DNA of 63,526 bases, the filler included, from Octopus bimaculoides (lineage: Eukaryota): assembly GCF_001194135.2 (NCBI RefSeq). It is 7 parts of 5 records of this genome, joined end to end, with 100 filler letters (N's around TTAATTAATTAA, not from the genome) between each part and the next. Parts side by side here need not be neighbours in the genome. Positions count along the whole stretch, not along the records: positions 7,645 to 15,438 come from NC_068984.1; positions 15,539 to 46,783 come from NC_068996.1; 5 more parts are not named here. The stretch is one strand, 5' to 3'. This document shows positions 12,116 through 26,486 of the stretch, piece by piece. The notes under the pieces are model-generated. The model was not told where the DNA came from. It did no database searches and saw only the letters and a list, made by a program, of their open reading frames with translations. The position numbers and the translations under genes are program-made. Position 1 is the first letter of the stretch, and each line of letters opens with the position of its first letter.

Positions 12116-12600
12116 AAAACTCTCAGTATTATTTTGCTGTGTATGAGGAAAAGTGTCAGACGCCGCCCACAGTCAGCAGACTAACGTGACACTTGTTTAC
12201 TGATCATGCTTCTTCAAGACCCCTTGCAGAAGAGGGACTCTTGTGGTTCCAGGCAATGACGATTTCTGAAGAGGTTCTATTTATATATTCATCCCACTCC
12301 TTTTGAGTCACACTGGTACTTGGTATTCTGATGGTTTCAAGCACACCAACCACCACCGGCATCACGTCCACGCTCTTCATTGCCGACACCCTGTGTGTCT
12401 TTCCCACTTTGTTATAGCTGTTCATTTTTTCTTCTTTTTTCTCTTCAGTTCTATTGTCAGCACCATCATCCTCATCATCATCATCCTCGTCATCGTTTTG
12501 TCTTTGCCTTAATCTATGTAAGCTGCATCCCAAGTCTCAACCGGAGACATAAAGGGACAACAAGCTTTGGCGCTTTCTCAGCTAAATTTGGCTTCGTATA
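12116..12600 (-). mobile_element. 3' fragment of an R4/Dong-like (RLE) non-LTR retrotransposon
   Basis: VMPVVVGVLETI, then frameshifted IEPLQKSSLPGTTRV, resembling the R4-clade C-terminus; (AAT)n tail at 12026-12115. Confidence 0.45.
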
Positions 12601-13262
12601 ATTTCTAGGCCAGCAACACAAAGCAAAAATTCTGATTTAAATAATACTCAGAATATATATAGATATATATATATATGTATGTATGTATGTATGTATATAT
12701 GTATGTTTGTAATGTATGCATGTAAGTAAAATTATATAAACATAGCTAGTTTTGTGCTTCAATAAACTATTTGAAACAAAGCATTTGATATTATTATCCT
12801 TTAGAGTTGTGTCTACCCTGTTCCAGTAGAACTTAGGTAAACTATTCCACCATTAAATGACAAGAATTTTTTTTCCACAGACAGTGTACCAAAGACTACA
12901 TTCTCCAAAGTGTCACTGTTTTCTTAAAGCAATAAGATGGAGATTTGGCTACCAATTTGATGAGGTCAAGTAATCAAATACTGGCTTCATTTTGTTCTTT
13001 CAAACCCAGGTCATCCCAGATCATCTGAGCAGAAATCCGATCAGTGAATCTGCAGCAATGACCATCCCACCAGAGACTGCAATTTCCAAAATTTCCTTCC
13101 TTGATATTTCAAGGCGAAAGAGAGTATCTGAGAAAGAGATTTAGCTGCTGTTTCTAACAGGTTGAGTGACCTGTTCATCAACCATTCAATTTTGATTCCA
13201 ACAGTATAATTACTTGGTATGGCTGTCTATCTATCTATCTATCTATATGTGTGTGTTTTTAT

Positions 13263-13299
<37 letters not shown>

Positions 13300-14837
13300 G
13301 GGAGGAATAAGTGAATTACATTGACTCCCAGTATTCAACCGGTACTTATTTTATCAATTCCCCAGAGACGATGAAAAATCTAAGTCGACCTCGGTGGAGA
13401 TTAACTCAGGATGCCACTAACCATTTTGTATGGTATGTTGGTATGCTTACAATTCTGCCAGCTAACCATCTTAATATCATTGGACATATCCAGCAGGCAT
13501 TTCGAACATAGAATTCCGATGAAACAAAAAAGTAATATTATTTATATATCTAAATACTAATTCGATGACATGAAATGATGACGGGAAACTCATGAACATA
13601 AAATGGAAAAACAAAACAGGAAAAAACAAAAAAACAAATCACGTGGAGGAACACAGATAAACAAACGAAANNNNNNNNNNATATATGTATGTATATATGT
13701 AAGTATGTATGTATGTATGTATGTATGTATATAGACCATGTTTATCTAACTTAATAGCATTTGTGTGTACTTTCAGGCTGGTTAAAAAGTATATCTTATG
13801 GGATACCCATGGTGTTTATTTATATTTCCAAGGTCAGCCACAACCAAATTCATGTTGGGCTTCAAACAGTTTCGTCAAATAATTAATTTCGTTTCTGGGT
13901 CAGACATATCTTAGCATATTTTCACAATATTTTCTAGGGAAACCTTATCTAAGTGTGTATTTTCAGACTTAAAGGTAGTTCTTTTCTGGGATTTCTTTAA
14001 TTGGCTAGATCTATGACCAACGACACTCCAGATGTGACCATCCTATCTTCATTGTGATATACACTAAACAATATATAATTATAACTTTTTAAGATAATAA
14101 TGTGTAATTTGTGAGAGATTTAGCTGTTATTTCTAGCATCCAAGCAACTGCATAGAAGATTCATCTTTAGTTCCTTGGTGGCGCCAAGGTTTTTTTTTTC
14201 CGTTTCTATCACCCAAAATCTATTCACAAGGCTTTAGTTGGTGTGAGGCTACAATAAAAGGCACTTTCCCATGGTGTCACATAATCTATATTGAACAATT
14301 AAATATACTTTTTATATAAATTAACCTGATGTGTTTTCTGGGTGAACATTCAATAATTTATGTATCCTAGGGTACGAACTGTACCCTAGCAATGTAGTTT
14401 AGCTCTCAACCAAAACAGCAAAGTATAATTTTGGTATTAGCTGGTATCAATCATTGCTGAATGTAAGTTAATAGGTCAAAGTGTGCTAAGAATAGTTTCT
14501 AGGTCAAGCCGACTTAAATATATTTTCTGGGTCAACTAAAACTAAATTTACTTTCTGGGAGTCAATCAGAATCCAAATACCTGGATGGCTGTCTTGGGTC
14601 TGCTTCTGATTCTTTTGTTGTTGTTGTCTTGGTTCCTTGTGTTTCTGTTGTTAATGATGTTGTTGTGAGTGTCGTTGTGTTGTCGGCTGGTCCGAGGCAA
14701 TGGTTGGTCGGGTTGCTGAATGAAAATATTTTTCTCTGTTTACGCAAAGAAATAACTTGCAACACTCGTCAGCAATTAACACAAGATATTATTATTGCAC
14801 AAAGAGTTTAATTGTGTTGGTCTTTTGCAAAGAATGG

Positions 14838-15047
14838 CTTCAAATTTCAGCATAAGGCCAGTAATTTCAGAGGAGGGGGTAAGTTGATTACATTGACCCC
14901 AGTGCATAACTGGTACTTAATTTGTCGATCCCAAAAAGATGAAAGGCAAAGTCGACTTTGGCGGAATTTGAACTCAGAATGTAACAGCAGACGAAATACT
15001 GCTAAACATTTCACTTGGCGTGCTACCGATTCTGCCAGCTCACCGCC
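14838..15047 (-). mobile_element. tRNA-derived SINE, family B
   Basis: GGCGGTGAGCTGGCAGAATCG head, B-box and shared body. Confidence 0.75.
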
Positions 15048-15304
15048 AAACTGTTTGGCATTTTTGACAAGCTTACTGGTACAGCAATTTGTGGCTGGCC
15101 CAAAATACCTGTAAACAATTGTGCTATATTCGTAGCAATGGAGATTCAGTTCTGAAATTATTATTACACGATGAAGGTTGTGAAACAGCTGTAACCCTAA
15201 GGATGACAAGTGGTTGAATAAATATATTCATCTTTCATATCTCCTGACTTTTTATGGTTGTTTCATATATATATATATATATGTTTGTTTTTATGTTTAT
15301 ATGC

Positions 15305-15350
<46 letters not shown>

Positions 15351-15379
15351 GAGTGTGTGTATGTGTCTGTTTGTTGTTA

Positions 15380-15410
<31 letters not shown>

Positions 15411-16002
15411 ATGTGTGTGTATATATATGTATATATATNNNNNNNNNNNNNNNNNNNNNNNNNNNNNNNNNNNNNNNNNNNNTTAATTAATTAANNNNNN
15501 NNNNNNNNNNNNNNNNNNNNNNNNNNNNNNNNNNNNNNCCAGTAATTTTTAAACACCAAGTAATTTAAACTATAGATTTTTTTTCATCTTCATACACAAA
15601 TATTTTCGTAAATGAAGAAAAATATATTCTTTGTGAAGCTTTATTGAAAAAAATTCAACATAATTGGTTAACATTTTATCAAGGATATATGTATGTATAT
15701 ATGTAAAAAGTGAGGAAAACCAGATGGAAACAAACACTAAACTACAGCTATTTAAATTTTTTTTAAACATATATTTTTAAATTCTGATTTTAGTAATAGC
15801 ATAACATTTCTTTTGGCATAGTAGTTTTAGTAGCCAACAAATACTCAATTTCTATTAATATGAAAAATCAAAAAAGAAAAAAACCTTTGAGAACAAGAAC
15901 CACTTGTGATTCTTAGTGAAAGAGCTTGATCTTGTCAAGCTAATATATATAAGTTGAAGGGAATAGATCAGAACTGATATTCAATACATATACACCAACA
16001 AA

Positions 16003-16358
16003 GTGTGTGGTAAGTAAGTAGCTTGCTCACCAACAACATGGTTCCTGGTTCAGTCTCACTGCATGACACCTTGGGTAAGTGTCTTCTACTATAGCCTCGG
16101 GCCGACCAAAGCCTTGTGAGTGGATTTGGTAGACGGAAACTGAAAGAAGCCTATCGTATTGTATGTGTGTGTATATGTTTATTTGTCTGTGTTTGTCCCC
16201 CCAACATTGCTTGACAACTGATGCTGGTGTGTTTACATCCCCGTAACTTAGTGGTTCAGCAAAAGAGACCGACAGAATAAGTCCTAGGGTCGATTTGCTC
16301 GACTAAAGGCGGTGATCCAGCATGGCCACAGTCAAATGACTGAAACAAGTAAAAGAGT
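16003..16358 (+). mobile_element. tRNA-derived SINE, family A
   Basis: GTGTGGTAAGTAGCTTGC...GGTTCAGTC head, CCTTGGGTAAGTGTCTT, internal (GT)n; matches 62553-62974. Confidence 0.8.
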
Positions 16359-16969
16359 ATCTTTTATCAACAGCAATTAGTTTCCATAACATCAACTGTC
16401 TGTTTCAGTGTGCATATGCACATGTGTATAACTATGTTTGGGCTGAATTTATCCCAAGTTACTCTGTAGGTAGTCATAACAAATAACTCCATCTCAATGT
16501 TTCACAACTCAATTATATCATACACAATACATGCACACAAAACTTAGTGCTAGAAGAATATTCCTTTAGTTAGCTACAGAATATTCAGATATAATAACCA
16601 GACAATTCTCTTAAACTTGTTAAAAGCATGATGAAAAAGAGAGGAAGATTAGGTTAATAGTAATCTCTCCACAAGTACCATCAAATTTGCTTGCTTTAGT
16701 AGCAGCTCCTTAGGTGGAATATCCAAGTTGGCAAAAACAACACTAATAATTTGAGATAGACAATTACAAAGGGAGGGGTGGGAATAATTTAATTTTTAAA
16801 CTTGAAAAATAAAGAAATATTCTTTTTAGATATATCCTTTCAGATCTGGCAGTAGAACAAAAAGGACTAGTATATATTATAGATCACTAGCTTTTTTTTA
16901 ATATATATTTATAAAGGCTACACAGTCAAAAAATAAACATTTAAAATTTTCTCATGTATTTCAAATAAA

Positions 16970-16979
16970 TTTATTTACA
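16970..16979 (-). promoter_or_regulatory. Candidate polyadenylation signal AATAAA overlapping a Pumilio element TGTAAATA
   Basis: Minus strand reads TGTAAATAAA, ~480 nt after the stop, followed by a U/GU-rich tract (TGTTTATTTTTTGACTGTGT). No transcript evidence. Confidence 0.5.
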
Positions 16980-17453
16980 TTTAATATCAAGAGGTAAAAA
17001 GATGTAACACAATTTCTAAATATATATAGCTAAACCAAATTTGCAAAAATCTATATGGATTCAAAATACAGAGTAACATTAAATACACCGATTAAAAATA
17101 AATTCAAAAATGTCTAAAATGGAGGGAAACAGATACAAGCAAAAATAAGGGAAGAAAAAGTAAAATACAAATAAGTCAATACTGGGAGGAAAATATATTT
17201 TCTTCGAAATGTACAAATTTAATGTGATCTTTCAAGTTAACTTTGGTACTGCCTTTAAGAGCAAAAAGCCACCACAGAACAATTTAAATAGTGACAGCAT
17301 TAATTCAGAGGCAAAAATACATAACACTGATTTGACAGTTCTCAAAACAGCGCTTGAAAACAAAATACTAGTGCTGAAGATCAGCAGTACCAAGGTTAAT
17401 TAGCATAACTGAAATCTGTAAATAAACATGGAAAAAAGTAACGAAATATAGAT

Positions 17454-17762
17454 CTATGTAATATATAAAGTGTCTAGAACAAGAACATGATGGTTGTTTT
17501 TAGCAAGTGTAACTATATAACCTTCAGATGTTATATTGAGACCACAACAACGACTAACTTTGACATAAGGACACTCAAATTCTCCTATAAGAGACCCATC
17601 AGATTGGAATACAGCAACATGAAAGCGGTTACCATGACTGTCTCCAACCAAAACATCTCCAGCATCACTGATGTCAATTCCATTCGGGTAATTTGTGATA
17701 CTTTCACATCCAATACGTCTCAGAAACTGCCCTTCCTCATTGAATACAACAACACAGTGTCC
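17454..17762 (-). CDS. mei-P26: mei-P26-like terminal coding exon ([11 protein letters not shown]...LDTLYIT*)
   Basis: atttttAG acceptor, 309 nt, TAG stop at 17454-17456. Confidence 0.95.
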   Translation of the reverse strand, partial: GHCVVVFNEEGQFLRRIGCESITNYPNGIDISDAGDVLVGDSHGNRFHVAVFQSDGSLIGEFECPYVKVSRCCGLNITSEGYIVTLAKNNHHVLVLDTLYIT

Positions 17763-20700
17763 CTAAAAATAGAACATAAATTGCAATTTAGATTAAAATA
17801 CCATCCCAGTACAACAATTTGTATGAAGACAAGGTTTAATAAAAATCTATACTATCATTCAAATTAGTCAACTTAGCTCTTAGAAATAAACCATTATAAA
17901 AATTACATTAATTAATGCTAAAATTTTAAGAAACTATAGTAACAACATATAATTACCTTGAAATCACAGACAAAATATTCTTTTCCACTAATAGCAATGT
18001 CAGATGGTTCACGCATATAATCACTGCAGTCAAACCATTTAATCAGGTCTCCAGTTTCAGCAATACAAAACACTGTTGGCGAGACACTGTCCACAGCAAC
18101 AATGTGACCTAAATAAAATATCAAACATATCAATAGAATAGTAACATAGAAATCTAAATTTCAGAATCATTCTCATATGTGAATGATGGGAAGCAATAGC
18201 AAACACTTATTAATAAAGGAAATGTAACCTATCTTTCAAAATTAAAATATTTTCAACTACTTCCCTCTCATTTTTTTCCAACCAAAGCCAAGTTAATATA
18301 GGCATAAAGAAATGTGCTCATCTAAGGAGGAAGCACAACTTTGGGTCTTGTTTTTATTGAAATTTGACCGCATTTTTACTGCACCAATTTTTGAAGAGGT
18401 TTACAAAATTAGCTTCATTTTATTGACACTAAAATATAAAAATAAAGAAACTATACTGCTTAAAAGTAGCAGTTATGTGTTATTCTACAGTTAAATACAT
18501 TTTATTGAAGCTTTTTTTCCCAACCAATTTTCTATTATTATATAAAAATGTAGGGAAGCACTGGTCCTTTACAGTGAACTTTACATTTAATTTGGTCAAA
18601 ACTAAGGAATATAGTAGTGGCTGTAAAAATATTGAATTCAGACTAAGATTCTGTGTGTGTGTGTGTGTGAAAATTAATACACATGCATATACCATGACCC
18701 CTTATTTCTCTTCCTCTCTTGATGCTTCTCTAATTCTTTCCTTTTTCTTTTCCTTATAATCATATTTAATCACTCCTTACTTTACCTACTGGTCAAGTAT
18801 CTCCTCTATAGTAAGACACCTATCTTTATTCTTCTACTCTAACCCCTCACCTGGCACACAGCCACTTCCCTCAGTTACACTCCCTCTCCCAGTTGGGCAC
18901 ATCACCACCATCTCTATCTCTCCAACTGGGGTAACCACGTATTTCCTCTACAGCAAGACACCTATTTCTGTCCGTCTATCATAGTTTAACCTCTCATCAC
19001 TCGACACAAAACCATCTCACTCACTACTACTCTCCCTCTCAGTTGAGGGATCTTTGTCTTGCAAGTTATTTAGTGACCTAACTGGTGCTGGTGCCACATA
19101 AAAAGCACCCAGCACACTCTGTAAAGTGGTTGGTGTTAGAAAGGGCATCCAGCTGCAAAAACCAAGCCAAAGCAGACAATGAAGCTTGTGCAACTTGCCA
19201 GCTCCTGTCAAATTGTATGACTCGTGACAACATGGAAGACAGACATTATTAGATGATGTTCTCCAAATTTTTGGTATTTCTTTACAAATCCAACTATTTT
19301 CTGTATTTCTATAATGGTCAGTTTTTTTAATAATTTGTATGATTTTTCAAATACAGTAAATAAAATATAAAATGCATCATACATAAGAGATGGTGAAGTT
19401 TGAACAGGGTGTTTCAAATTCTAATAGTTTAAGTAATATGTAATAATGAAAGTAATGATATCTAGAAGAGTGAAATTTTTAAAGCTAATTCTCTTCTAAA
19501 GTTTTCAGAAGAAATCCAATCAGTTATCCTCATGACTCAAAACCCATTGAATATTTGCTTCTCTTTATTCCAATTCAAGAGTTCAGCATAATAACAGCAA
19601 CTGCAGAAAATAATCATTACGTAAAAGGAAAGTAAGAGGACAATCAGGACAAAATTAGGGCATTTTTCCATAGATATAATAACGGACATTTAATAAGCAC
19701 CTCGTTAAATGATGATATTTAAATAAAATTTATAAATAAATATATTATATAATTTTATTCATTACAAATAAAATTATATAAATTTTATCTGCAACCAAAG
19801 TAGTTCTGAGGTAAAGATTCCATATCTCACTAAAAAATTTAGTTAAAAAAAACAAGTTGCTTACAAAAGCGGTCTAAATTCAAGATTATTTTAGATTAAA
19901 TTGAAAGACACACAGTGCTTCATTTAGTTAGAAATACAAAAATAAAATTTAAACAGTAAATACTAAATCCTTCTGACGAATTTTTACCAAAATTCTTATC
20001 TTAAACTTATATATAAAAAAGATTAGATTATCAACTGCTTAACCATCACCTACTCAGTGTCTTTCAATGATTTATAGTGTTCAACATAAAACAATTTCAT
20101 CATCATAGCCCAAATAGTAGGTATAATCTCCTCCATTCTCAATTTAAATAAACATGTCAAATTAATTTCAATTAATAACAGCGCCTTTTTCTGATGTATG
20201 TAATTAACTGAATCAACTGAATATATTGCAGATACTTTTTAATAAGCAACCGTAATTTTATACTCAATAAACATAAAAGAAAAATGTATAGATATATACA
20301 AAATATAAAAACAAGAGAATAGCAAAAGTTTTACCTTGTTGAGTAATTGCTAAACCAGCAACAATGTCAATGTAACGGATGGCAATTTTCCTGATAAAGT
20401 GTCCATTTTTAGTGAAAATTTGCATACGGGATCTTTCATTTCCTCTGTCACAAACAACATATTTTCCAGTATTTCTCATGACAGCAACTTTCCTTGGGTA
20501 CCAAAGCTGACCTTCATCTCTTCCTGGAAGCATTGAAGAAAAATAAATCATAGAATGGCATCTATATGTCAAGAAACTTAATCATATTGAACTGATAAAA
20601 AGTATTAAGCTATACCTGGTATTCCAAACTGGTATTTAAATTCTCCATTTTTTTCAAAAACTTGTATACGATGATTGTTAGTATCAGCAACAATAATGTC

Positions 20701-23700
20701 TTCTTCAAGACCCAAACAGAAACCATGAGGAGAATTAAACTGTCCTTTGCCAGGCCCCAACTGCCCAAATTTGCACCTACAGAAAAAAAAAAAGAAAATA
20801 TAAGAAACCATGTCATTATCATCTCCAGCATAAAGTACTGGACTTATTAGAAATGTGAATAGCATAACACAAAAGCAACAGAATTCTAGAACTTCTTAAA
20901 ATGTTTTGCTTCGAAAGTTGGAGAGTTTCTCCCACAATGCAGATCACTGGAGATGCTCTCATTAAATTCCCTCAGAGCTGCATAGGCAGCAACATGCTTG
21001 TTCTTGTGAAAGTTGTCACGAGTTTCACCTTTGGACATGCGTAATTTTAATTAATGCCTCTCTATGTACACATCAAGTGCAACTTAGCTGAATCATAATT
21101 CATTTCAGTATTCCAAGTGAAACTAAAACTGAGGTGTCAGACTACTTTCTCTCTCTGGCCCTTGTTACCGTTGATTTAAAAGCAAAGGTGTCTTCACTTT
21201 CATCTTTGGAAGCAACTGCAGTGCTGTGTGTCCATTGACTGTAATTTGAGTGTCATATGCAGCACTGCAATATTTGTCTTCAAGCCTGTCACAGAGTATG
21301 ATGAACCTGTTTTGTACTACAACTGTAAACTCCTCACATAGTTGAGCAACACTGATATTATTCCCCACTCAATTTGTTTCATAGGAACTGGTGTTCTTGC
21401 AGCAACATATCTAGCATTTGCATAAAACAATTCCATGCTAAGATATAATGCCCTTGAAGTTGTTCTATTCACATGTATTTTTATGTTGTTAATCCATTTT
21501 TTTTCTAGCTAAGATATAATCCATTTGAGCACAGCTGTTATAGTGATGACTATGTCTAGAGTTTACCTGTATGGTTCTAAAAGCTGTATCACTAAAATGT
21601 ATCCTGCAGAAATGGCTCATCATGTTTTGGTAATCTTGCAGATTTATGGTGCCAAATGCTATACACACAAGTTCTTCCTTCTTGGTCAGCATCCTCATAT
21701 TGGAAATGCTGACAATAAAGTACAATTTACGCTAGAAGACAATGACTGCAGCATCTATATCTACATCAGGTTTGGGCAGTCTTTGAAGATTTAAAAATAT
21801 TGTATCATAATCATCAGGAACCAATGCTGACTCAAAGGCTGATGATGTTAATTCAGGAACTGATTCTGGTGTCATCACATTGTGAATTCATCTTTTTCAT
21901 TTGCTGATAGTTATATTGAGGATGCAACAACTTCAGCAACCCTGCTCTGTTGGAGCTGATCCTTTGGCCTTTAATGTCCATCATCTACAGGCAGCAGCTT
22001 CTATTGTCTTTATGTTTATCCTGTAGCTTTTAGACTCTAAGGTTCCTCCTGTAACAGCAATTACTAGCTAACCCTAGCTAGTTATAGAGTACTGCCTAAT
22101 CAAGGACTATACTGAATTGAAATCATTTTGTAATACAGTTTATTCTGCAACTGTTGCAGAAACTTCTGATCCTCATCCAAAAAGTTCTGAGAATCATGTT
22201 TGTTAAAAAGTAACTGCATTTTTTTTCAATATCTAGGATTTCTCAACCTTAGACCCTGGCACGTGATGCTATTTAAAATCATACCCAGGATATTAACTTT
22301 CATCATCATTAAGCCAAAGCTGGAATACAGATAAAGGTCAAGAAAGAAATTAGTAATTAAAATTATTGAAGGTTCCTTAAACTGAATGTTGAGTAATTAA
22401 GATAATTTGTCTAAACTGCCATCATCATTTTAATGTTCTCTTTTCCATGTTGCAATGTAATATATAAAACAAAAATGTCAAGCTGATGTTAAATTACTAA
22501 AATCTTATATACACCTATTCTTTCAAATTTTTTCTTTTCTTTTTTTGTAAGTAAAAAAAAATTCAATATATGCACATTCTCCAAGGAATTAAAAAAAAAA
22601 AGACTTACCTTATTTGCATAGGGCTCATTTTGTTACTTCTGCGAATAGGAGGATATGGTGGAGATATATTTGTAGGAAAATTATTACTAGATGCACTAGA
22701 AGTATTTGATATTGATCCTAGAAAGAGAAAACATTTCAGGAAAATTTTCCTTTAAATTGTTGCTAAATATATTTTGAATGGAAATTTAAACAAAAATGGT
22801 TTCAAATCTTAGCACAAGGCCACCAATTTTGTGGAAGGGTACAAGTCAATTATATTGACCTAGTCTTCAGCTGGTACTTATTTTATCAACCACAAAAGGA
22901 CAAAGAGCATAGTTGATCCTATCAGAATTTGAACTCAGAATGTCAAGTCAGAAGAAGCATATTTTCCAGCACAATGACAATTCTGTCAGCTCACTACCTT
23001 AGAATTGATAATATTAACACAAATAATACCAATGAATGTACAAATGCTGAGTGCTAGATGAACTTGTAATATTAAAGTATAATGGTCAAGGCAGTGAGCT
23101 GGCAGACTCATTAGCATGCTGGGCACAACACTTGGCAGCATTTAACCTGTCTCTATGTTCTGAACTCAAATGCTGTTGAGATCAACTTTGCGTTTCATCC
23201 TTCTATGGTCAATAAAAGAAGTACCAGTTAACCACAGGAGTCAATGTAATCAACTTACCCACTGCCATGAAATTGCTGGCCTTGTATCAAAATTTGAAAC
23301 CAATATTAAAGTATAATGGTTGCATGTTGCAATGAGAAATAGTACGAGGAAGTGATTTCACATAAAAGGGCTTATAATTATCATATGATCTTAACTACAC
23401 AGCAAGCATACTTCATTTTGTTTCTTAAATTTTTCAAGTGAAACCACTTCATATAAATACATTACAACTAAGCAAAATTTTTTCGGTCTTTTTTTAACCA
23501 ACAAAAAAGTGTTATCTATGTAACAAAATAATAAATAAAAAAAACTGAAACTGAATGTCATGCATTCAAGATAAAAGCAATTATTCTATGCATGCTCATT
23601 ATGTTTCGTGCTTTCTTTGGTCAGTTTTTGTAGTAGACCATACGATATTAGCCTCTCACTCAACCAACCTACCAAGTTCCATTTCTTGAAGATGGTCCTC

Positions 23701-26453
23701 TACAATCCTCTCACTTTTTACCTTAATGATACAATCATTTGATTCACATATTTACATAATACATTTTCACATATTACATAATATCAGAACTGGAGTGAAA
23801 CTACCGTTTTTGGCCTAAAGAATGCAAACCAAATGTCTCAAATGATAAAAATTGTGCCAGACAAATTAGATAATAAAAAAAAACAAAATTCTAATTCTTC
23901 AAAATCAATTCTGATAAGGCTGTCAAACTCCTTGTTTTCTCACACTAACAATCTGATATTCACTTTATTCTAACATTTAACTCCTATTTTTATCTTCATT
24001 GCTCTGCTTTTATAAAGAAAACTACCTCAATTAGAAAACTTCAAATCATAAATAAACTGGTTCAATCTATTTGAACAATTCAGAAATAGCCAAGAGACAC
24101 CAATGTTAAATTTAAACTCATGAAATAGTTTTAGGATTCTACTTAAACCTATCTTGTAAAATTTTGAATTTAGTGAAAGCTACACTGTACAATTGGGTTT
24201 TAATTTTCATATGATTTGTGACCTTTAGAAATAAAACAAAACAATAAAGAATTTAATTACAAAATATAGAAAAAAGTTAGCAACAGACCTGATGTAGAAG
24301 TTGAATTTATATTGGTGAGTGAATTCATTATCCCCATGTTACCAAGTCCACTTAAGCTTCCTAAATTTCCCAAGTTGTTGATCATATTTGTTGATGGTGT
24401 CTGATTTAAAAATCCCACTAGTGTATCTATATTTGATAAATTTGTGGTTGGAAGAGGAGAAGTTGTAGCAGTTGGACTAAGTATATTGGCAAGAGTGGAA
24501 TCAGTTTGAGAAACTGGCGTTTCAGTCCTACTTCCAGAAGTAGTTAGTCCATTTACAGTTATGTTCAATCCAGAAACAATGTGTTCATTCAAAGAGAGTT
24601 GTCCTAGACATAAAGAAAAAAAAATTTTTTTAATCAATTTTAAGATTTAAAAAAATTCTTTAAAAATAACCTGTTACAAGATGAAAAGAAATTAGTTGTG
24701 TACAGCCAACCCTAAAAAGGCTGTGTACTCCAAAGTGATTACGAAGAGTTATTGTATAGATGAAAATATAGAAATATGAACTCCACAGTAATTATGAATA
24801 GCTTCATGTAGCCATCCGTAAAAAGATGTGTGTGCTCCAGAGTAATTATGACTAGTTTGTAATTAAACCAGCACTGGAGAATGCTCTAAAGCTATTACTT
24901 ATGCCAATATATGACTAAGCACAAACAGGTATGAAGATGGACAGGTATGATACAAAACATTAGCAATTTAGTTTTGACATTTTTCCATGGGTGAGATATT
25001 TTTTGTACATTTAGAAATTTACAATATTAAAATTGATGGTACATAATTTCAAATAACACAAGAAGCTGGAAATAATAGGTCACACAAAGAGGTACAGGCA
25101 AAATAGCTGAATACTTTTGTGTTACATTATTAGATACATTTTTGTTAATTTTGAAGATATGTTCTATGACTCTATAGTAAAATTAGAGCAGTTAGGTGAC
25201 ATAAAGAGCACCTACAAGAGCCAGCCTATTTATCTTTCAATCTACTGAAGTCTAATGTAGTTATATATACTAGAGCATATTCACACATCAATACTTCAAT
25301 GCAAAAATTAGTATTTTACCAAAGTAAAGCATTCACTTTTTAATCTTCACATTTCAGTAAATCAAACAAAAAATTTAATTATAAAAAACACCAATGCTTA
25401 CCTCGTCCTAGTTTTGTCATATCATGGTAAAGTGGGGCACTTGGTGCACTATTAGTACTAGCAGCATCAACTGAAATGCCGCTATCGGACATAGCAGGAC
25501 TGTGAGAGCTACGCGACAGGCTGTTTTCAGGAATGTTGTGTGCACCAGTGATTGCAACTCCCATTGGGGAAGAATCAGATGATGACATGTGCAATGAATT
25601 AAAATGAGATCCCCCAGTAATAGGTACTGGTGTAACTGCATGCATATTGGGAAATTCTGAAGTAGATACTTGAGGCAACTCCGGACTCAGTACACCAGTG
25701 GGTAGACTGAAGCCTTCATTTTCAAATGATGAATGAAGAGATGATATTGGATTTTCAATCTGTAAAGAAATTGAAACAAAATAACATCATTAATGTTGAT
25801 TTGATATATAGAGAAAATATATGCTTACACATGGCTGTACAGTTAAGAAGTTGGCTTCATGACCACATGGTTTTGGGCTCAGTCCCCACTGCATGAAACA
25901 TTAGGCAAGTCTCTTCTATTATAGCTCTGTGCTAATCAATGCCTTGTAAGTAAATCTGGTAGATGGAAACTGCACATATTATGCACAAGCATCATGTTGC
26001 TTGATAAAGATTAGTGTGTCTGCATCACTGTTCAACAAAGGAACTGGAGTAAGTACTAGGCTTCCTTAACACTCAAACTAACCAAATAGAGTCACCATAA
26101 AAAAGTTATCAGTTTCAACTAGTTTCTCCTAAAATCGGTGGTCAGTCAGGCAAAAAGAGTCAGTAGGGCTCACTCTGTAGAGGCAGACAGTTTATTCATT
26201 TGTTCACTTTTACATCCGTTTTTCTATGCTGGATGTGCTAGATGAATATATTACCTGAGTGTTGTTTTACTATCAGTTGGTTTCCCTATTGCTAACCCTT
26301 ACCTGTTTCTCAAGTAAGGTAATATATTTCATGTTGTTGAAGGTGCCAAGCAAGCATATATATTTTGATCTCCAAGAAATGACACTAACATTGCCACAAG
26401 TAGCTTGTAATTTTCAGAAGTGCAAATGTAAAGACAGACAACTTATACATATA

Positions 26454-26486
<33 letters not shown>

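Noticed and set aside
16003-16070. tRNA genes at A/B-box motifs
   Set aside because: Each continues into a shared repeat body and tail with no convincing cloverleaf; these are SINE heads.
17454-20776. Assignment of the NHL gene to brat or lin-41/TRIM71
   Set aside because: The motifs ([29 protein letters not shown]) fit Mei-P26/NHL-2, and no filamin domain is seen. A phylogeny would confirm.
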